Assembly (NCBI GenBank): GCA_965202625.1
Contig: CBDBBI010000010.1
Location: forward strand, 1,888,001 to 1,952,000
Reading direction: 5' to 3'
DNA from: a bacterium
Lineage (GTDB): Bacteria > UBA8248
DNA length: 64,000 nt
Part shown: positions 19,594-29,224 of the stretch, one piece after another
Numbering within the stretch: position 1 is the first letter of the stretch
How the letters are laid out: every line of letters begins with the position of its first letter
Notes under the pieces: model-generated
Told to the model about the DNA's origin: nothing
Database searches by the model: none
Seen by the model: the letters and a program-made list of their open reading frames with translations, nothing else
Program-made: the position numbers and the translations under genes

Positions 19594-20628
19594 ATGCGCA
19601 AGGACGCCGCCGGCGATCAGAATTTGAGGGGAATGACGCTCGAGCGTCACATTCGTGAGGAGGAGCGAAACTACCCGGGTGCGCGGGGACTCTTCACCCG
19701 CCTCGTCACGCAAATCACCCTCGCCGCCAAGATCATCAACGCCGAGGTCAACAAGGCGGGACTGGTGGACATTCTGGGGCTGACCGGTCAGATCAACACG
19801 CAGGGGGAGGAGGTTCAAAAACTCGACGAATACGCCAACGAAGTGATACGAAGGGCACTCGACCATACCGGCTCCGTGGCCGCCCTGGCGAGCGAGGAGA
19901 TGGCGGACGTCTACGTCGTCCCCGGCGAACACGTGGAGGGGGGCGAATACGTGGTACTCTATGATCCGCTGGACGGATCCTCGAACATCGACGTGAACGT
20001 GAGCATCGGAACGATATTCTCCATTCTGCATCGCACGAGCCGGGGCAAGGCACCGAAACTCGACGACTTCCTCCAGCCGGGCCTCTCCCAGATTTGCGCG
20101 GGCTACGTCATCTACGGATCGTCCACCATGCTGGTATACACCACCGGCAACGGCGTGGACGGTTTCACCCTCGACCCCTCGGTGGGCGAGTTCTTTCTCT
20201 CCCATTCCGGCATCCGGATTCCCGAGCGGGGGAGCATCTACAGCATCAACGAGGGCAACTTCTCAAAATGGGAAGATTCCGTAGCACGCTACGTCGCACA
20301 CTTAAAAACGGAGGACGCCGAATCAGGCCGGCCCTACTCGGGGCGCTACATCGGCTCGCTGGTGGCCGACTTCCACAGGAACCTCCTCAAGGGCGGCGTA
20401 TTCCTCTACCCGGGCGACAGGAAAAACCCCAACGGCAAACTGCGCCTCCTCTATGAGTGCAATCCCATGTCCTTCATCGCCGAGCAGGCCGGCGGCGCGG
20501 CGAGCGACGGCCGCCGGAGGGTGATGGAAATCTGCCCCGAAAAGCTTCATCAGCGCGTTCCTTTCATCGTCGGAAGCAAGCGCGACGTCGCCGACGCCGC
20601 CCGCTTCCTCTCCAGGGGGGAAAATTAA
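19594..20628 (+). CDS. fbp: Fructose-1,6-bisphosphatase class 1
   Basis: GEEVQKLD, SEE, DPLDGSSNID, RYIGSLVADFHR and KLRLLYE. Confidence 0.96.
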   Translation: MRKDAAGDQNLRGMTLERHIREEERNYPGARGLFTRLVTQITLAAKIINAEVNKAGLVDILGLTGQINTQGEEVQKLDEYANEVIRRALDHTGSVAALASEEMADVYVVPGEHVEGGEYVVLYDPLDGSSNIDVNVSIGTIFSILHRTSRGKAPKLDDFLQPGLSQICAGYVIYGSSTMLVYTTGNGVDGFTLDPSVGEFFLSHSGIRIPERGSIYSINEGNFSKWEDSVARYVAHLKTEDAESGRPYSGRYIGSLVADFHRNLLKGGVFLYPGDRKNPNGKLRLLYECNPMSFIAEQAGGAASDGRRRVMEICPEKLHQRVPFIVGSKRDVADAARFLSRGEN

Positions 20629-21528
20629 ATGCAGACCTATCGCCTCGCTTTCCTACTCCTCACCGCCTCTCTGCTCGCCGGCTGCGTAGGCATCGAAGCT
20701 TACGAGCGCAAGGCGGACGAGGCCGCCTCCCTCAGACGAGAAATTGACGCCGGCCAACGCGAGATTCAGACGCTTCGCCAAGAAACGGAAAGACTCCAAA
20801 CGCAGATCGAGCAGAAGGACGTGGAAAACCAGGAACTCGCCCAGTCTCTCACCATGTCCAGGCGCCACAACCAGCAAATAGAGACGCGCGTGGCGGACCT
20901 CCGCGCGCGCGAGTCCGACCAGCGCAGCCAGAAGGAGGAGAGCGCCACGAAAGCCATGCGCCTTCAGCGCTCCTACGAGACGACTCGCGCGGAGGTGCAA
21001 AAGCTGAAGAAAGAGAGGGTCAACCTGAGAGCGAAGCTTGCGCGCTTTGAGGACAAGATTCGCTTTCAGGCGGAGATGGAAAAGGACATAAAGGCCCAGC
21101 TGTTAAGAGAGCGCCAGCAGGGAATCATGCGCGTGCGCCGCTCCGGCGATCGGGTGGTGATCAGCATCGAGAGCCTCATCCTCTTCAAATCCGGCAGCGC
21201 CAAAATCCGCACCGACGGCAAGGCGCTGCTCATCAAGCTCTCCAGACTCTTGCGCCGCTACGCCAACCGCGAGGTGCAGGTGCAGGGACACACCGACAAC
21301 CTGCAGATATCCGATCGGCTGGCGGAGCGATGGGAGACGAACTGGGAGCTTTCCGCCGCGCGCGCCACGCGCGTGCTGCGCTACTTCGTCGAGGAGGGAA
21401 ACCTCGACCCGCGCCGGGCGTCGGCGGCCGGCATGGGCGAGTTCCGTCCCATCACCTCGAACGACACGCGGGGAGGACGCCGGAGGAACCGCCGACTCGA
21501 AATCCTCATGTTCCCTCCGGATTCCTAA
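20629..21528 (+). CDS. Lipoprotein with coiled coil and OmpA/MotB peptidoglycan-binding domain
   Basis: LLAGC lipobox, heptad-rich middle region, LFKSGSA, GHTD, NWELSAARA and NRRLEI. Confidence 0.88.
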   Translation: MQTYRLAFLLLTASLLAGCVGIEAYERKADEAASLRREIDAGQREIQTLRQETERLQTQIEQKDVENQELAQSLTMSRRHNQQIETRVADLRARESDQRSQKEESATKAMRLQRSYETTRAEVQKLKKERVNLRAKLARFEDKIRFQAEMEKDIKAQLLRERQQGIMRVRRSGDRVVISIESLILFKSGSAKIRTDGKALLIKLSRLLRRYANREVQVQGHTDNLQISDRLAERWETNWELSAARATRVLRYFVEEGNLDPRRASAAGMGEFRPITSNDTRGGRRRNRRLEILMFPPDS

Positions 21529-21567
21529 GCGAAGCCGCTCCTTCGCCCCCCAGGAAAGGACGCTTCC

Positions 21568-22230
21568 TTGATCGTCGAGCGAATACCCGTCGGCCCCTTT
21601 CAGATGAACAGCTATCTCCTGGGCTGCGAGGAGACGGGGGAGGGCGCCTACGTTGATCCCGGCGCCGAGGTGGAGCGCGTCATCGCGCGCGCGGGGGAGC
21701 GCGGCCTCACCCTCGTCAAGATCATCGGCACCCACGCACACCTCGATCATGCCGAGGGCGTCGCCGAGGCGAAGGAGAGGCTCGGGGCGCCCTACTGGCT
21801 CCACGAGGCGGAACTCCACAACTTGCGCAACATGCCGAACGCGGCGCGCGCCTACGGCTTTCCCGTCCCGAGAGTTCCCGAGGTGGACGCGCACCTCGTC
21901 GCCGGCGAGACGATCTCGGTGGGAAACCTCGAATTCGAGATCAGGCTCGTGGACGGGCACGCCCCCGGCAACGTCGCGCTCTACCGGCCCGGACGGGGGA
22001 ACGCGCCGGGCCACGTCATCGTCGGCGACGCCCTGTTCGCCGGCTCGGTCGGACGAACCGACCTCTACAAGGGCGACGCCGGCGTCCTGCTGAGCGGCGT
22101 CCGCGCGCAGCTGCTCACGCTTCCGCCCGAGACGGTCGTCCACCCGGGCCATGGTCCGGAAACCACGATCGGACATGAGAAAGCCACCAACCCCTTTTGC
22201 CAGCCCGGAGCGGAAGGGCTTCCGGCTTGA
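21568..22230 (+). CDS. MBL-fold metallo-hydrolase (glyoxalase II-like)
   Basis: THAHLDH, GHAPG, GDALF..SVGRTD and HPGHG. Confidence 0.92.
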   Translation: MIVERIPVGPFQMNSYLLGCEETGEGAYVDPGAEVERVIARAGERGLTLVKIIGTHAHLDHAEGVAEAKERLGAPYWLHEAELHNLRNMPNAARAYGFPVPRVPEVDAHLVAGETISVGNLEFEIRLVDGHAPGNVALYRPGRGNAPGHVIVGDALFAGSVGRTDLYKGDAGVLLSGVRAQLLTLPPETVVHPGHGPETTIGHEKATNPFCQPGAEGLPA

Positions 22231-22778
22231 GCGCGGACGCCCCGAATGCCCATCCCCATCTGGGGGGAGCGGTCAGGTTCTGCGTCGTCTGCGGGAGTCC
22301 GCTCACCCTCCGCCGTTGGACGGAGGGGGACGGCGCCATGCAGCTGTGCTGCAGCGGCGTCAAGTGCGCCCACGTTCACTTTCTCGATCCGAAGGTGGCG
22401 GCGGGCGTCATCGCCACCATTCAGGGAGGCGCGGTGCTCGTGCGGCGCGCCCACAACCCCGGCAAGGGGCTCTGGACGTTTCCGGGCGGCTTCGTGAACA
22501 GGGGAGAGGTCGTCCCCGCCGCCGCCGCGCGCGAGGCGCGCGAGGAGGCGGGCGTCAAGGTGGCGGTGGACGCTCTGCTGGGAGTCTATTCGTTCAAGGA
22601 AAACCCCACCGTGCTCATCGTCTATACGGGAGCGGTGACGGCCGGTGCGCCGCGCCCCCTGGCGGAGACCACAGAGGTCAAGATCGTCTCGCCTGAGGAA
22701 ATCGACTTTGCGGAGCTCGCGTTCGACGCCACCCGCGCCGCCATGCGCGACTGGCGGGAGCGCGTGCGGGGCGGATGA
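22227..22778 (+). CDS. Nudix hydrolase with N-terminal zinc ribbon
   Basis: FCVVCG...C..C, DPKVA and Nudix box GG...GE....AAAREAREEAG. Confidence 0.88.
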   Translation: MSADAPNAHPHLGGAVRFCVVCGSPLTLRRWTEGDGAMQLCCSGVKCAHVHFLDPKVAAGVIATIQGGAVLVRRAHNPGKGLWTFPGGFVNRGEVVPAAAAREAREEAGVKVAVDALLGVYSFKENPTVLIVYTGAVTAGAPRPLAETTEVKIVSPEEIDFAELAFDATRAAMRDWRERVRGG

Positions 22779-23053
22779 ACGCCAAGAGCGGCACGCCCGG
22801 AATCGACGCAGCTCCTCGAAGGAGGGAAAGCCGCGCGTCCGCGCGCCATATTTGCGGAAACGGGCGCGAGGCGCAGCGGGACAGCGATATCGTATGTTGG
22901 GGCGAAGCCGGCGAACCAACCGTCTATTTTCAACGTAAAACGGCTCAAAAATGGATTCTACGCATAGATGCTCTCCGCCGTTCACGCGGAGATTTTCAGG
23001 GTGAATGATTTCGTGCGGCGGTTCTACGGGTAAGGTCCCGCGCCCGCCCGGGG

Positions 23054-26000
23054 CTACGCCCGCAGCGACGCGAGCGTCTCCACCCAGAGTTTCAGGTTGC
23101 GCTCGGCGCGCGCCTTGTCCGTCAGCCGCTTGCTGGAGTGGGCCACGTATTCGTTGCGAAAATTGTTCACCTTCGCGATGCGCTCCAGCAGTTTGTTCGC
23201 CTCCGGCAACGAGCGGAACGCCCCGCGCGCGGCGGCGAACACGCCGTCGAGCTTCGGGTCGTCTTTCAGCGCATAGTCGAGGCAGGAGCGCAGCAGGCCG
23301 ATCACGGAAAACGGATTGCCGTAGAGCAGCCCGCGCTTCAATTTTTTCGCCATTTCCCGATAATGCGCGCGCGCTCTTTCGTCTATGTTCCCCCAATGCG
23401 GATCGAACCATGCTTCCTGTTCATGCCGGTTTGTGGGAACCTTGTCGCACAAGCGAATCAGAATCATGGCCTTGCAGGCGTCATCCAGCGGCCCCAGCAG
23501 GGCGGTGAATACGGGGGAGAGATTGGGCGCGTCTTTTTTTCGCTCGAAAAACCGGTAAAGCTCCAGTGCATCCGTCGCCGCCCTCCTCTCCCGCTCTCCC
23601 AGCCTTCCGAACGTCTCCGCCGAGAAGAAACTCTCCGCGTCCGTCTCCTCCCGGGCGAAGAAGGGCAATTCCGGCGCATCCGTCGCCTCGCTCAGCAGAT
23701 TTTGCAGCGCGGGTGCGCAGGAACGCACGAGAGCGTCGAAACGGTTGCTCGTCAACCTCTCCATCACATTCTGGGGAGTGAAGACGTATTCCCACTTGAC
23801 GCCGCTCGAGGCGGCGGCGCGGCACCACTCCATCGCCGCGCGCGCCTTGCGCGACACGTCCGCGTCCTGCCTTCCCTTGGTTTCCACCAGATAATGCGCG
23901 CCGTCCTCCATTCGCACGAAAAAATCCGGCGTATAGAATGCGAGCCGTTGCGCGCGCGTGAGATAGTCAATCCGCAACGCCTGGGGGCCGGCGTTCTTGG
24001 CGAACGCCGCCACGTCCGGAGCGGCGTCAAGAAAGGCCGTCATCGCCACTTCAAGCGACTGGTTGCAGGGCGTGAGATTGAAAAGCGTCTTGTCAGCGCG
24101 CACAACGGGCCGCCGCTCGGAGCTCGTCGCCTGATAGGGCTTCCAGTCGCGCAGGGACGTCCCGCCCCCACCGGCGCGGCGTTTTTTCGTCCGGGTCGTT
24201 CGCGCGCGAATGAGCGGAACGAAGACGGCGCGAATGTGCTCGCGCACGTCCTGATCGGCAAGGCGCGCGGTGAGACGCGGATTGGTCAGGCTCACCTTCT
24301 CGCCGAACAGAATCTCGCCCAGAAAAACTTCCAGCAGCGGGGCGAGGACGGCGTGCGTGCTGCGCACCTTGCAGGCGATCTCCAGCTCAAGGACGTAAAA
24401 CGATATCGCGGTGAAACCGTTCGCGAGCAACTCCAAGCGGACCTCCATCCGCTCGACCACCTCGTCGGTGAACAGATGGCGTCCCTCGTATTTGACCTCG
24501 CGCGCTTCCCCGCGTCCAAGCGGCAGGGAGCGCAAGGGTGCGGCCGCGTTCCGCACGTCCTGGACGGAGAGGTTCTCCAGCGTAGGCTGTATTTTGTGGG
24601 CCGCCGTCAGCGCGGGCAAAACGACGTCGAGCGCATCCCCATCCTTGTGCTCATCCGGAAAAATCGAGACCGTGGTGGCCGGAACCTTATCCGCGTCCGT
24701 CTCTCCTATCGGCAGGCCCTCCTGCTCGAGTTGTTCCTTATACAGACTCGTGAAGGCCGGATGCTCCACCACGACGACCAACTCGTCCGCCCCTCCGGTT
24801 CCGGGCGGCGTCATGCGGCGCAGCCCGCGCCCGAGCGTCTGCTCGGGCAAGATGTTCGCCTGCGCACTGTATGGCCGCAGCGGCACGATGGTGGTGACGT
24901 TGCGCACGTCCCAGCCCTCGCGCAGCATGAGCACGGAAACGATGCAGGCGTAGCGGCTTTCATCGCTGTCCAGCTCCCGGCTGATGCGCCGAAGCGCCTT
25001 GAGGTCCTCATCGCTTATCTGTCTTTCGCTCTCCTCGAAAACGCGTATCTTTTGCCCGCCAACCTCCTTGTTCCTGATTCTTCCCTTGAGATTCGTGTGC
25101 AGGTTGATCGTCTTACCGTTCAGCTCTTTGAAGATCGCGTCGCCGTTCAGCCGACGGGTTATATCGTCCGCCGCCTTGGTGTCCTCGCACATGACGAACA
25201 GCAGGGGTCTCTTGCCGCTCTTCGCCCACTCGTTCCGGCTGTGCCGCCACCGTTCGTAACCGAGGCGCAGATGCGCCTCGTAGCGATAGGCGGCGTCCTC
25301 ATGCGGCTGCTCAACCAGATCGGGCGTGCGGCCGATGATGGGCGTTTTGACAATGCCGGCGTCCACCGCCTCGCCGAGCGGCGTATCGCAGACGACGTGC
25401 GGAAAAAAATAGCCCTTGTTGTCTTTGGGCGTCGCCGAAAAATCCATCTGGGCGACCAGGCCGCCCGCGCGACTGGCCAGTGCTCTGTGAAGCGCGCGTA
25501 TCGCCCCGCTCCACGCCGAGCCCGGATCCCAGACGTGATGCGCCTCGTCGTTCAGCAGCATCACCCGCCGATGGGAAGTAATGCGCTCGCGCAGCTTCGC
25601 ACCGGTATCGAGTGCGCTCGCTCTCGACACGGACGGCCCGGCCCAAGGGTGGGTTTCGGCGTCCCTCCGGCCGCTCCGGCGCTCCTCGAAGAGGCGGTGC
25701 ACGTTGGTGAGGTAGAGTGCGCCTCCGGTCGTCGCCCCGCCCGCCTCATCCTGCAGGATGACCGAGAAATTCCAGTCCCCGCGCCATTCGGGCGGAATGA
25801 GCGGATCCTTCAGGAAGATGTCCGGGCCGCCGCCCTCAGGCCGAAAATCCTCCTTCAGACGCTCGAACACAGTCAGGTTCGGGGCGATGACGAGGAAATG
25901 CCGTGCCATGTCCGATCCGCTTTCTCTCAGAGCGTGAAAATAGCTCCAGACGATGGCGAGGCTCATGCACTTTGTCTTGCCCGCTCCGGTCGCCAGCTTG

Positions 26001-26452
26001 AAGGCGTAGCGCGGCCATTCGTCCTCCTCGGAGCTGACGCCGTAAGCGTCGTTTTCCGCGCCCGCCCCTCCGAACTCGCAGATGAGGGAGGAGAGCGAGC
26101 GGAGGCGGCGCACCTCCATCAGATAGACGAAGGTCTCTATCGCCTCACGCTGACAGAAATAGTAGCGAAACGCGGCTTCCGCCCCATCCGTCTCCATGAT
26201 GCGATGCGGACGCCCGAACCAGTGGTTGAGCAGGGCGCGCGTGGTGCCGCTGGCGCCGACATAGCCCGACTCCCGCCATTCCTTGACGAGTGCGCGCAGT
26301 GGATCGACGAGCCTGTTCGGTGAGGGGCGCCGGTAGGTCTTGATCTCCGCCGGATGCCCCTCCGCCGCGCGGACCCGGTGCTTGTCCGGCTCCTCCCAGG
26401 GGGCGAAAAGGGGCGCCGCAGCGGCAGGGTTGACGACCGGCGTTGGGTTCAT
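23054..26452 (-). CDS. Type III-like restriction enzyme Res subunit (SF2 ATPase + PD-(D/E)xK nuclease) with extra C-terminal domain
   Basis: LATGAGKT, NDEAHH, FSATP, LREGWDV, EQTLGRGLR and YTPDF...VETKG; directly downstream of mod. Confidence 0.9.
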   Translation of the reverse strand: MNPTPVVNPAAAAPLFAPWEEPDKHRVRAAEGHPAEIKTYRRPSPNRLVDPLRALVKEWRESGYVGASGTTRALLNHWFGRPHRIMETDGAEAAFRYYFCQREAIETFVYLMEVRRLRSLSSLICEFGGAGAENDAYGVSSEEDEWPRYAFKLATGAGKTKCMSLAIVWSYFHALRESGSDMARHFLVIAPNLTVFERLKEDFRPEGGGPDIFLKDPLIPPEWRGDWNFSVILQDEAGGATTGGALYLTNVHRLFEERRSGRRDAETHPWAGPSVSRASALDTGAKLRERITSHRRVMLLNDEAHHVWDPGSAWSGAIRALHRALASRAGGLVAQMDFSATPKDNKGYFFPHVVCDTPLGEAVDAGIVKTPIIGRTPDLVEQPHEDAAYRYEAHLRLGYERWRHSRNEWAKSGKRPLLFVMCEDTKAADDITRRLNGDAIFKELNGKTINLHTNLKGRIRNKEVGGQKIRVFEESERQISDEDLKALRRISRELDSDESRYACIVSVLMLREGWDVRNVTTIVPLRPYSAQANILPEQTLGRGLRRMTPPGTGGADELVVVVEHPAFTSLYKEQLEQEGLPIGETDADKVPATTVSIFPDEHKDGDALDVVLPALTAAHKIQPTLENLSVQDVRNAAAPLRSLPLGRGEAREVKYEGRHLFTDEVVERMEVRLELLANGFTAISFYVLELEIACKVRSTHAVLAPLLEVFLGEILFGEKVSLTNPRLTARLADQDVREHIRAVFVPLIRARTTRTKKRRAGGGGTSLRDWKPYQATSSERRPVVRADKTLFNLTPCNQSLEVAMTAFLDAAPDVAAFAKNAGPQALRIDYLTRAQRLAFYTPDFFVRMEDGAHYLVETKGRQDADVSRKARAAMEWCRAAASSGVKWEYVFTPQNVMERLTSNRFDALVRSCAPALQNLLSEATDAPELPFFAREETDAESFFSAETFGRLGERERRAATDALELYRFFERKKDAPNLSPVFTALLGPLDDACKAMILIRLCDKVPTNRHEQEAWFDPHWGNIDERARAHYREMAKKLKRGLLYGNPFSVIGLLRSCLDYALKDDPKLDGVFAAARGAFRSLPEANKLLERIAKVNNFRNEYVAHSSKRLTDKARAERNLKLWVETLASLRA

Positions 26453-28461
26453 ACCTGCACCTCGAGAGTGATGCTGGTATCGCAGCCGAACACGTCCACC
26501 ACTTTAATGCAGGCGGTGTGCCTGCCTGCGCTCTCGTAGGAGAAGTGCGCGTCGCTCACCGTCTTGAGGCTTCTGTCCTTTCGCGTGCGGTAGTCCTGCC
26601 AGTGGTGGTGGAAGGGCTGGCCCGGCGCCCAATCAAAATCAACCGCCCAGAAGTCGATGAAGTCAAACCCGTTTTCAACCGCCCGCTCCTCGAGCGCCTC
26701 CAGTTCTTTGGCGGGAACCTCCGTCAGAGAGGGAATGAAGCGGGTGAGCTTCACGTCGGTCGTCTCGTCTTTCCGGATAACCTGCTCGGCGGTGAGTGCC
26801 GCCATCTCGTAAAACGGCGGAATTTCCACCCGGTTCTTTTCCATGATCTCTCTGGGAATGCGGCGCAGGCGCATTTTGAGGTCGAGCTCCGCCTCTATGG
26901 CGGCGACGGATTGATGGACGTCCATCTCGAAATCCCATGCCAGGCAGTTCACCTCGCGCCCGCCCGCCGCCTTGGCGGCTTTGGCGACTTCCGCCGCCTC
27001 CTCCCTCGTGAAAATGCCGTCGATGCCGTCCACGTGAACGAAGGCGCCGCCTTTTCGCCCATGTATGAGCGGAGAGGGCGCGTCGTTCAGAATTTCCGCG
27101 CGGAAGAACTTGAGGACGAGGGCGCGGTGCTCCCCATCCGCCCCGTTCAGGGTCTCGCGCTGCCACCACTGCCGCTCGTAGCGGCCGAGGTTATACACGT
27201 CGAAGGAGCGATAGGGCCTGTCCTCCCTATACACCTCCCGCTGAATCCCTATCATGCGCTTGCGCGTCGTGTGAACGGCGAAGCGCCCGAAATCCGCGCA
27301 TATCCACCGGCGGCCCAGCTTCTCCGCAACCGCCGCCGTCGTGCCCGAACCGCAAAAGAAATCCGCCACCAGATCCCCCTCGTTCGACGACGCTTTCATC
27401 ATGCGTTCAAGGAGGGCTTCCGGCTTTTGGGTCGGGTAGTCAAGGTATTCATTGCCCTGAGTCGCCCTCACGTCAACCCAGACATCACGGCATCTCACAC
27501 CCTTTCCCATGTATAGCTTACGTCCTGGAACCTTGCCCTTTGCAATGATTAATTCACCGTTTTCAATCCAGCGGAGAGCCGTCTCCAAAGGCATTCGGTA
27601 GCCCCCCGATGGCGCTTTTTCACCATATCCTAAATCATAGACGTAGCCTCCACCCCCAGGGTTATCTATTGGCCGCACTTCGGATATCGTCCCTTTTCAT
27701 CAGAATAACGATACAGTTTTTGACTTGCGTCACTGTATTCTTGAAATACATCGTTCCACCGTAGTCCGCCTTTGCGGTAGAAGAAAATTGTTTCGTGGGA
27801 TTTTAAACTTCTTGTTCTTAGATGCGTATCCACCAACTGCGCCGTATGCCAGATAACCTCGTTCTGAAACAAAATTTTCCTTGCCAAAAACTTCATCCAA
27901 AACGTTTCGCAAATAACCACTCACCCGCCAGTCGCAATGCACATAGATGCTTCCGTCCTCGGCGAGCAGTTCCCGCATGAGAGCCAGACGCTCGGACATC
28001 ATGGCGAGGTAGGAGTCCGTCCCCTTTCCCCACGTGTCCCGATATGCGACGAACTCCAGCAGGGATTGCTCCTTGGCGACCGCCTCCCTCCCCTCTCCTA
28101 TCCCCGCCTGAAAGGTGAAGTCCGCGCCCACGTCGAAGGGCGGGTCGATGTAGATGAGGCGTATCTTCCCCCGGAACTCCTCCAGCAGGGAGGCCATCAC
28201 CAGCCTGTTGTCCCCCCAGATGAGGCGGTTTCTGAAACCATCCCGGTGGGCGCGCCCCGCATCGAACAACTCGCCCTGGGCCGCCGCGCGCGAGCGGGGC
28301 TCGTCTATCGTCTCTATCTTCTGAAACGGCATGGCGCGGCCGGCGACGTCCGCCTCCCGACGGTTGCCGAACTCGTCGTATTTCCCCTCCCAGACGAGCT
28401 CCGTCTTCATCCGGAAGAGCGGATGCGGATTGTGCGGGCCAAAAGCGGGCTTGTCGCTCAT
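26449..28461 (-). pseudogene. Type III-like Mod N6-adenine methyltransferase, frameshifted within the target-recognition region
   Basis: IYIDPPF in the N-terminal piece; YPTQKP and DFFCGSGT in the C-terminal piece; NEVIW/SHETIFFY in an intermediate frame. Indels lie between ~27680 and ~27870. Confidence 0.85.
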
Positions 28462-28666
28462 GGAAAACGAATCTCGCTTGCGGAATCATTCAGGGGATAC
28501 ACCAGCAGAGGATAGCACGACGCGCATTTCGGCGGAAACGGTGTAACCGGACAAAAATCATTGCGCATGGCCTGGAAAAATAGCGGATTTTCCGGAGCGT
28601 AAAACGCCCGGAAAAAGAACGTTGAAAAAACCTCTCAAAGCAGGTCGTCGGGGGCGACGGCGTCCT

Positions 28667-28688
28667 CGTCATTCCGGCGAAAGCCGGA
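28667..28688 (+). repeat. REP-like hairpin CGTCATTCCGGCGAAAGCCGGA
   Basis: TCCGGC-GAAA-GCCGGA stem-loop preceded by GTCAT, resembling the GTCATTCCCGCGAAAGCGGGA repeat type. Single copy seen. Confidence 0.45.
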
Positions 28689-28800
28689 GGGGCGGCAATC
28701 TTTCGGGCAGGCATCCCTCCCCTTCGCGTTCCTTCCCTTCGCGCGCGACCCCAAACAAGGCGGCCAGATACGCGGCGCATCGCGCCGATATTCGCTGGCT

Positions 28801-28929
28801 TCCGACGAGTGCCACACCTTCCACAACGACTCGGAGGAGACGATGGAGTTCGTCTGCATGATTCCCGTGAGCGCGACCAGGGCGCATGACCATGAAAGGG
28901 TGCGGCCTTCCGCCCCTCCGCCAGTATAA
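28801..28929 (+). pseudogene. 3' remnant of a cupin-domain gene
   Basis: Translates SDECHTFHNDSEETMEFVCMIP, matching cupin motif 2 (H.F.N.....F.C.IP). No matching 5' part. Confidence 0.55.
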
Positions 28930-29039
28930 CCCTATATGTTGGACTGAAGCCCAAGGGCACATACAATAAGTAGAATATACCCCTTCCCAGGGGAGCGCCT
29001 TGATGAAAGAATCGTTTTTTATTTCTATAAATGATTAAA

Positions 29040-29071
29040 TATCAAATATTTATGACAATTATCACATAAAT
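29040..29071. promoter_or_regulatory. AT-rich upstream region with IHF-like and CRP/FNR-like sites
   Basis: TATCAAATATTTA (29040-29052) matches WATCAANNNNTTR; TATGA-CAATTA-TCACA (29051-29066) matches TGTGA-N6-TCACA at 9 of 10 positions. Confidence 0.45.
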
Positions 29072-29224
29072 TGTTTCAGATTATCCTTTCGCCCGCAAAA
29101 TTTTTCACGCAAAAAATCAATAAATACAACAAGATACAGGCATAAGCAAAAAACAACTTGAAATATATCCCGACCCTTTGCTAAGTTTGGCGGCATCCCA
29201 GTCCTTTCCCTCTTGGGTGGCAAA

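Noticed and set aside
23138-26323. 1061-aa plus-strand ORF opposite the Res gene
   Set aside because: Antisense shadow of a GC-rich gene; no motifs and atypical composition. The same applies to 40930..42756, 59836..62043 and 54199..55701.
27700-27732. In-frame TGA codons in mod as possible selenocysteine readthrough
   Set aside because: There are three TGAs, and the conserved Mod motifs lie in another frame there, so frameshifts explain them.
22934-28606. CGTAAAACG on both sides of the type III module as a target-site duplication
   Set aside because: A 9-bp match between regions of several hundred bp is expected by chance, and there is no integrase or transposase.
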